From Acidaminococcaceae bacterium UBA2453 (lineage in GTDB: Bacteria; Bacillota; Negativicutes; Acidaminococcales; Acidaminococcaceae), in assembly GCA_002342505.1 (NCBI GenBank), contig DDQB01000108.1:11046-75045 (forward strand): a DNA stretch of 64,000 nt. The letters are read 5' to 3'. Of this stretch, positions 58,426 to 64,000 are shown piece after piece. The notes beneath the pieces were generated by a model. It made no database searches. It was given only the letters and a program-made list of their open reading frames with translations, and was not told the DNA's origin. The translations under genes were made by a program, and so were the position numbers. Positions within the stretch are counted from its first letter, which is position 1. Every line of letters begins with the position of its first letter.

Positions 58426-59186
58426 CGAAATGCCTCCGTTGCCCCTGTAATTTCTTCCCCCGTGATAAAGCCACGGATCAGAGGATTATCTGAATTCCGG
58501 AATTCTTCCGGTGTTCCGATTGCTACAATCTTTCCATCATTCAGCAGCGCTACCCTGTCGGCTGCCGTATAGACCGACTCCATATCATGGGTTACCAGAA
58601 TGGATGTTACCTTGTGCTTTTGCTGCGTCTTCCGGATCAGGCGGCTGATATTCATGGTCCGTATGGGATCCAGTCCCGCCGTCGGTTCATCATACAGGAC
58701 GATACGCGGACCAAACGCCAGTGCCCTTGCCAGACTGACACGCTTTTTCATACCGCCGGACAGTTCCACCGGATACATGGACTTTGCATCAAGCATACCC
58801 ACATCCGCCAGCAAATCATCCACCTTTTTTCGGACTTCGTCTTCCGGCAGGCTGAAATGCTGCCGCAGACCAAAGGCTACATTTTCCCCCACATCCAAAA
58901 AGTCAAAAAGAGCCGAATACTGAAAGACCATACCAACATGCTTCCGTATCCCGTTCCACTCCTCTTCCGAGAGATGGGACACATCCTGTCCTTCAATAAA
59001 CACGCTTCCACCAGTCGGTTCCAGCAGCCCGATCAGCGCCCTCAGGATCGTACTCTTTCCCGTTCCCGAAGGCCCGATTACGGCCATTGTCTCTCCCTTT
59101 TTCACTTCAAGGTCAACTCCCTGCAATACTTTCTTTTCGCCAAAAGAAATTTCAAGGCCCTGCAGGGAAATTACGGATTCCGCCAT
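58422..59186 (-). CDS. mlaF: Mla ABC ATPase
   Basis: GPSGTGKS, FQYSALFD, LSGGMKKR, YDEPTAGLDP. Confidence 0.9.
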   Translation of the reverse strand: MAESVISLQGLEISFGEKKVLQGVDLEVKKGETMAVIGPSGTGKSTILRALIGLLEPTGGSVFIEGQDVSHLSEEEWNGIRKHVGMVFQYSALFDFLDVGENVAFGLRQHFSLPEDEVRKKVDDLLADVGMLDAKSMYPVELSGGMKKRVSLARALAFGPRIVLYDEPTAGLDPIRTMNISRLIRKTQQKHKVTSILVTHDMESVYTAADRVALLNDGKIVAIGTPEEFRNSDNPLIRGFITGEEITGATEAFR

Positions 59187-59196
59187 ATTTCCTCGC

Positions 59197-59973
59197 CTAT
59201 TTGTCTACATACAATAACACAGTCATAAAATAGTCCGCTATAAAAATCAAAATGATAGAAAGAACAACGGAAGCTGTTGTTGCCAAACCAACGCCTTCCG
59301 CCCCTTTATCCGCATGCAGCCCTTTAAAACAGCCAACAATGCTGATGATGGCGCCAAAGGCCACGCCTTTGATCATTCCTCCGACCACATCATACATTTC
59401 ACAGAACCGCTTAATAGAGTTCAGGTAAGTATACGATCCAATGTCCGCATAATAATGGGCTACAAAGTAACCGCCCGCATTTCCGATAAAATTGCCAAAA
59501 ACAATAAGCATCGGCATCATCAGAGAAATAGCAATAAAACGGGGCGCCACCAGGTATTGCACCGGGCTGGTCGCCATGACCCGGAGCGCATCAATCTGCT
59601 CCGTGACCTTCATAGTCCCCAGTTCTGCCGCAATGGCTGCGCCGATACGGCCTGCCACAACTACGCCGGTCAGCACGGGAACCAGTTCCCGCCCCATGGC
59701 AATCGCTACGATACCGCCAACGGTATTAGAAGCGCCCAGAGCAACAAACTCTTTGGCGGTCTGTACAGAAAAAACCATCCCCGTACATAGCATCGTCAAC
59801 AATACAATAGGCAGTGAATCTGCGCCTAACAGCGCCATCTGCCGCAGAGTTTCCCTGATACTGGCATGCTTCAGTTTCTTTAATGTGTCAATAAAAAGCA
59901 GCATCATCTGCCCGGTAACCTGGCAGAAATTCAGGACAAAGGCGCCGGTGGCGGCGCAGATATCATGAAGCAT
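59197..59973 (-). CDS. mlaE: Mla ABC permease
   Basis: RELVPVLTG, AELGTMKVTEQIDAL, GAEGVGLATT. Confidence 0.92.
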   Translation of the reverse strand: MLHDICAATGAFVLNFCQVTGQMMLLFIDTLKKLKHASIRETLRQMALLGADSLPIVLLTMLCTGMVFSVQTAKEFVALGASNTVGGIVAIAMGRELVPVLTGVVVAGRIGAAIAAELGTMKVTEQIDALRVMATSPVQYLVAPRFIAISLMMPMLIVFGNFIGNAGGYFVAHYYADIGSYTYLNSIKRFCEMYDVVGGMIKGVAFGAIISIVGCFKGLHADKGAEGVGLATTASVVLSIILIFIADYFMTVLLYVDK

Positions 59974-60118
59974 AATGCTGCTCTCCTTTCTTACAGTAAT
60001 TATATCCTTAGTCTATCCTACTACAAGGTTGTGGCATTTTTAAGGCAAAGCGGTTCATCCGCTTTTACAGAGCACACAACGGCCCCTCCGGACCGCCACA
60101 CAGCATCCTCCGTTTTTT

Positions 60119-61813
60119 TTACGGCAGTTTTACCGTCACCTGCTGTTCCCCATCCACAATATAATCTACCGGCACAGACTGTTTGTTCCGCCCGCCGGCA
60201 AGCATGGCCGCCAGAGACGGAGCCTCTGCCTCCTCTTCTGCAAAAGACGTTTTTTTATCACGCGACGCCGCGTATTCTATAATAATATCGTTATTGCGGT
60301 CCGCCTTATTGACCTCCCGCACATAATCAGAAAGCTTAATATCTTTTTCTTTCTTCTTCTCATTTTTTTGCGCCTGGGGAACGCCTTCTTCTTTCTGCTT
60401 ACGCAGCAATTCCTGGATCCAGTTCATAGAAGCGCCGCCCCGCACGTTCAAACGGATCTCGCCTTTTGCGTCTTTCGGAAGTTTATAGGTAACCGTACGG
60501 GTAATTTCCGCTCCGCGATACGGTTTCATGCTCACATCCAGATGGATCGTGTCTCCCGGTTTTGGCGCCTTTTCCTTCACGGAAACCTTTTTTATCTCCG
60601 CAACAAGACTTTCCGTACTGATATCCACATTCACATCAATGTTGGATATGCGGACGGGTTCCAGTTTATTCTGAAGCAGGACCTGTACAGTTTCCTGTAA
60701 TTCCACCGGCAATTGTTTTACAATAGCGGTCTTGTCATAATACATATTTTCCCGGGAAACATGCAGCAACTCCTTTTTGCTGTCAAACGCCGTAATATCA
60801 AACATGATACGGGCGCTGCCGCCGCCTCCCTGATCCGCCACCGCTGCCGCTTTGCTTGTCAGCACAGAAGCCGCCAGCGTCGGAGCCAGCTTGTCGTCAT
60901 TTACGATCCGGACCCGCGCGCTGCCGTTGTTGGAACGGGTAGAATCAGATACGGAAACATACATAGGGATAAAAGCAGGCAGTTTTCCTGTCTGTCCCAC
61001 AACGCCCGCGTTTCGGTCCTGACTGATCGTGCCTACGGCTTGCCCGAGATTTCCGATTTTATAAGCAGCCTGGAGATCAGGAATCGAGGTCAGCACCCAA
61101 GTCTTTGTCAGGAAAAAATCAGCTTCGCCCCGACGCATGAAAGGATGACCGAACGCAACCAGCCGCCCTCTTTCATCGGTCCAGGTAACTGTACCCAGGG
61201 CGCCTAACGTAAGGTCTCCCTGGATCAGAGCAACCCCCACGGAACTGCCCGGCTCAATTTCTTTATCTGAAGTCGTTACAGCACCACCGCCTGTATTCGT
61301 CAGCGTTACATCAAAAGAAGACAAGCCTTCCTGCAGCATCGCAAAACCTTCCGGAGAAAAACCTCCCGCCATGAGAGCAGTCCCCTTTGGCAGCAACGTT
61401 TCCTCTGCAGGCTTCCGGTGAGGTTCCGGCCGATCCAGCATATCCAGCATATCCTGAATCGGCGTCAGAAAACAGTAATGGGGATCAGTAAATGCTTTGC
61501 CATACGCAACCGCGCCTGCCAGCTTCCCGTCAATATACACGGGGCTGCCGCTCATCCCCTGGGCAATGCCCCCGCTGCGGGCAATCAAATCCCCGCCGGC
61601 CCGGATCAGAATCTGGTATCCCATATTCTCATTGCCGGTCACGCCTAAAACTTCAACAGGAAACGTTTCAATGGTATCGCCTGAAATAACAGTCTTTCCA
61701 TATCCCCGCATGCCTGCCCTGATATTTTCCACCGGCATCAGCGGCGTCCTCGCAAGAGCCTGTGAAGCTACAGCGAATACCAACAGGCAAAGCAGGATAA
61801 TCACTTTTTTCAT
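60119..61813 (-). CDS. SpoIVB-like peptidase S55 domain exported protein
   Basis: Signal peptide, GGIAQGMSGSPVYIDGKLAGAV, LGTVTW...LVAFGHPF. Confidence 0.85.
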   Translation of the reverse strand: MKKVIILLCLLVFAVASQALARTPLMPVENIRAGMRGYGKTVISGDTIETFPVEVLGVTGNENMGYQILIRAGGDLIARSGGIAQGMSGSPVYIDGKLAGAVAYGKAFTDPHYCFLTPIQDMLDMLDRPEPHRKPAEETLLPKGTALMAGGFSPEGFAMLQEGLSSFDVTLTNTGGGAVTTSDKEIEPGSSVGVALIQGDLTLGALGTVTWTDERGRLVAFGHPFMRRGEADFFLTKTWVLTSIPDLQAAYKIGNLGQAVGTISQDRNAGVVGQTGKLPAFIPMYVSVSDSTRSNNGSARVRIVNDDKLAPTLAASVLTSKAAAVADQGGGGSARIMFDITAFDSKKELLHVSRENMYYDKTAIVKQLPVELQETVQVLLQNKLEPVRISNIDVNVDISTESLVAEIKKVSVKEKAPKPGDTIHLDVSMKPYRGAEITRTVTYKLPKDAKGEIRLNVRGGASMNWIQELLRKQKEEGVPQAQKNEKKKEKDIKLSDYVREVNKADRNNDIIIEYAASRDKKTSFAEEEAEAPSLAAMLAGGRNKQSVPVDYIVDGEQQVTVKLP

Positions 61814-61910
61814 AAACAAATTCCTTTATAGAAACATAAAAAAAATACACCTATTATACTATTATATTATACAACGAATCATCCATTTTTGCAAAATAGT
61901 TCTGTTCCGG

Positions 61911-63329
61911 CTATTTTCGGAACACTCCCAGACCTATGCTGACCGGACGCTCGCCTCCATCAGAAGGCCGGTTCATAATTTTTCCGTCCAGCACCATCTC
62001 GGAAGACCCGCCGCCGTCAAAGTTTACAGCGGAAACTGCGCCAAACCGCTTCAGGTATTGGGCAAACTCTTTCAGCGACATTCCTGCGGAATATTGGCTG
62101 CGCCCGTCCACTACCATCAATATTATCGTACCGTCAGCCTTTACGCCGATGCCGGTACGGGGGGCCCGTCCATAGGCAATGTCCGGCGCCATGGCCTCTT
62201 CTCTGGAACGGACATTAATCTTGCCCTTTTCCAGCAGCATCGGTCCTCCACCGACCACTAACCGCGCCTCATCTGCCATTCTGCTTCCTAAAGTCTGGTC
62301 GACAGCGACCCGGTCGCCACGACGCACAACAGCCAGCGCATCTGCGTTCACCCCATGCCCGGAGAGCACCAGGGAATCATTATCCAGCGCCATATTTCCT
62401 TTCGCAGAAACTTCTGTGACGCGTCCTTTGCTGACCCGGATCTCCCGTCCGTGTTCGTTGGTCCGTGTACCGCTTGCATAATTTCGATTGAACAACACCA
62501 GATCGTTTGCAATACGCTGACGGTTCAGACCCAATATCGTCAAAACGCGTCCTCCGGGAAGCGTTGCAGTTCCCCGGTAGGCCAGATCTTTCTGTACGGA
62601 AGGCTTTCCCTCTTTATCAATCACAAATGCGCTGCGGGGAGTGCTCTCCACGCCAAAAACGCTTTCGTTCCATTTACAGTTGCCGATGACCCATCCGTCC
62701 GTATCAAAATAGCAGGCATTAACTGCAGCCCTGGCGCCAACCAGCGAAACCGCCCGTGTCAGCCGCCCGCGCCCGTTAGCGCTGCCTGCGCCGGAAAAAG
62801 GCCTCAACTCGTATTTACTGTCCGGACTCAGGCTGAGCGCATATACTCGCACAGGCAGCCCATTCATATCATCCTGCCAGAATGTATATGTCAGGCCATT
62901 ACCAAGATCCTTGCTGGTCCTGATAATCTGGATTCGGTACACATCGACCACGATCCGGTTCGGGTTCTTCAACACGATAACCTTGTGCTGCGCCGGCTTT
63001 TTCAGGGTGATTTTAAGGATTCCGGCTTTTTTTCCTGCTTTTTCCAGTACAACGCCTGTCACCGTTTCATCCGATATTTTTTTCTGCAGCGTCTTTTTAA
63101 CTTCCGTGCCAAGTTCCAGGGAAATCAAATTGTCGCTACTTTTATCTTTAAAAGTGGCAGCCTTATCAATATCCAATACAATACGGATACGTGCCGCTCC
63201 GCTTCCCACGCGCATGTTTGTGACCTGCGCCCAAGCAGATACCGGGAACAGCATCGGCAAAAGTATGGCCAGAAACAGCAGCAGCTGTTTCATTCTTCCT
63301 GCGATCCTGCGGCTGTTATTATTTTTCAT
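61911..63329 (-). CDS. Phosphodiester glycosidase (NAGPA) family exported protein with N-terminal AMIN-like domain
   Basis: RIVLD...NPNRIVVD, AVNACYF, GGGPML, RAPRTGIG, VVDGR, NFDGGGSS; start may be 63329 or 63293. Confidence 0.82.
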   Translation of the reverse strand: MKNNNSRRIAGRMKQLLLFLAILLPMLFPVSAWAQVTNMRVGSGAARIRIVLDIDKAATFKDKSSDNLISLELGTEVKKTLQKKISDETVTGVVLEKAGKKAGILKITLKKPAQHKVIVLKNPNRIVVDVYRIQIIRTSKDLGNGLTYTFWQDDMNGLPVRVYALSLSPDSKYELRPFSGAGSANGRGRLTRAVSLVGARAAVNACYFDTDGWVIGNCKWNESVFGVESTPRSAFVIDKEGKPSVQKDLAYRGTATLPGGRVLTILGLNRQRIANDLVLFNRNYASGTRTNEHGREIRVSKGRVTEVSAKGNMALDNDSLVLSGHGVNADALAVVRRGDRVAVDQTLGSRMADEARLVVGGGPMLLEKGKINVRSREEAMAPDIAYGRAPRTGIGVKADGTIILMVVDGRSQYSAGMSLKEFAQYLKRFGAVSAVNFDGGGSSEMVLDGKIMNRPSDGGERPVSIGLGVFRK

Positions 63330-63467
63330 ATTCTCCCAACTCTCCGTAAAATCAGCAGGACGGTATGGATTCGCCGGTTCACAGCGTTCCAAGACCGTCC
63401 CCATCCTCATTTTCTCATTTCTTCATTCGCCAGTTCGCCTGCCTGTCGTCAATCCGGACAGCCTCCA

Positions 63468-64000
63468 TTAAAACATGGCATTACTGTAAATTGCTCCGGG
63501 ACGCAGTTTATCCAGATTGTCCAACGCTTTTCCCGTACCAACAGCCACACAGTCCAACGGACTTTCCGCCACTAAGACATGAATCCCCGTATCCTCTTCA
63601 ATTACCTGGGCAATCCCTCCCAGCAGGGCGCCGCCGCCGGTCAGGTAAATCCCATTATCCACAATATCCGCAGACAGTTCCGGAGGACACTTTTCCAGCA
63701 CAGACCGGATGCGGCTCAGCAACGCCTCCAACGGTTCCTCCAAAGCCTTGCGCACATCTTCCGACGTAACGGTCACGGTCGTGGGCAGTCCATTAATCCC
63801 GTCGCGTCCACGCACGCTCATACTCTTATTTTCACCGCCTGAATGGACATTTCCGATTTGTTTTTTGATACTTTCACCGGTCATATCCCCTATCAGGACG
63901 TTATATTCCTTCTTCACAAACCGTACAATACTTTCATCAAACTTGTCCCCGCCGATACGGACAGAATCACTGTCCACCACGCCGCCCAGGCTCAGGATCG
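63468..64000 (-). CDS. mreB: Rod shape-determining protein MreB/Mbl, C-terminal part (partial)
   Basis: GGDKFDESI, CPPELSADI, LTGGGALL, PLDCVAVGTG; the frame continues past the window end. Confidence 0.9.
   Translation of the reverse strand, partial: ILSLGGVVDSDSVRIGGDKFDESIVRFVKKEYNVLIGDMTGESIKKQIGNVHSGGENKSMSVRGRDGINGLPTTVTVTSEDVRKALEEPLEALLSRIRSVLEKCPPELSADIVDNGIYLTGGGALLGGIAQVIEEDTGIHVLVAESPLDCVAVGTGKALDNLDKLRPGAIYSNAMF

Noticed and set aside
62355-63575. 406-aa plus-strand ORF and the many similar antisense ORFs across the OM cluster
   Set aside because: They overlap well-supported minus-strand genes and are explained by codon bias

Overview
Chromosomal window of a diderm Firmicute (class Negativicutes, probably Acidaminococcaceae; inferred from Firmicutes-type rplU-prp-rpmA, CIRCE and sigma-A promoters together with a lipid A/Kdo pathway). 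The left ~23 kb is mixed housekeeping: polA N-terminus, LapA-family protein, PLP aminotransferase, glutamate dehydrogenase, potABCD, a ThrE exporter pair, a UDG-family protein, YdcF, an XRE regulator, a large 2-hydroxyacyl-CoA dehydratase activator fusion, CIRCE-controlled Hsp20, an acyltransferase-3 protein, rplU-prp-rpmA, cysE and tRNA-Ser. The right ~41 kb is a co-oriented minus-strand outer-membrane biogenesis cluster: mreB-like, NAGPA-family protein, SpoIVB/S55 peptidase, mlaEFD, tolC, tamB, a sigma factor, a single-TM protein, bamA, an unknown beta-barrel protein, three ompH genes, lpxD/L/C, fabZ, lpxA/I/B, msbA, a waaA-lpxK fusion, kdsBADC, lpxL, lptC/A/B/FG, DUF3084 and a YqgF-like protein. 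No integrase, transposase, prophage or CRISPR array was seen. The best leads are a possible sigma/anti-sigma/S55-protease regulatory module inside the cluster, two families of structured intergenic repeats, and apparent co-divergence of the L27 cleavage site and Prp. All calls come from reading the sequence by eye; no database searches were run.
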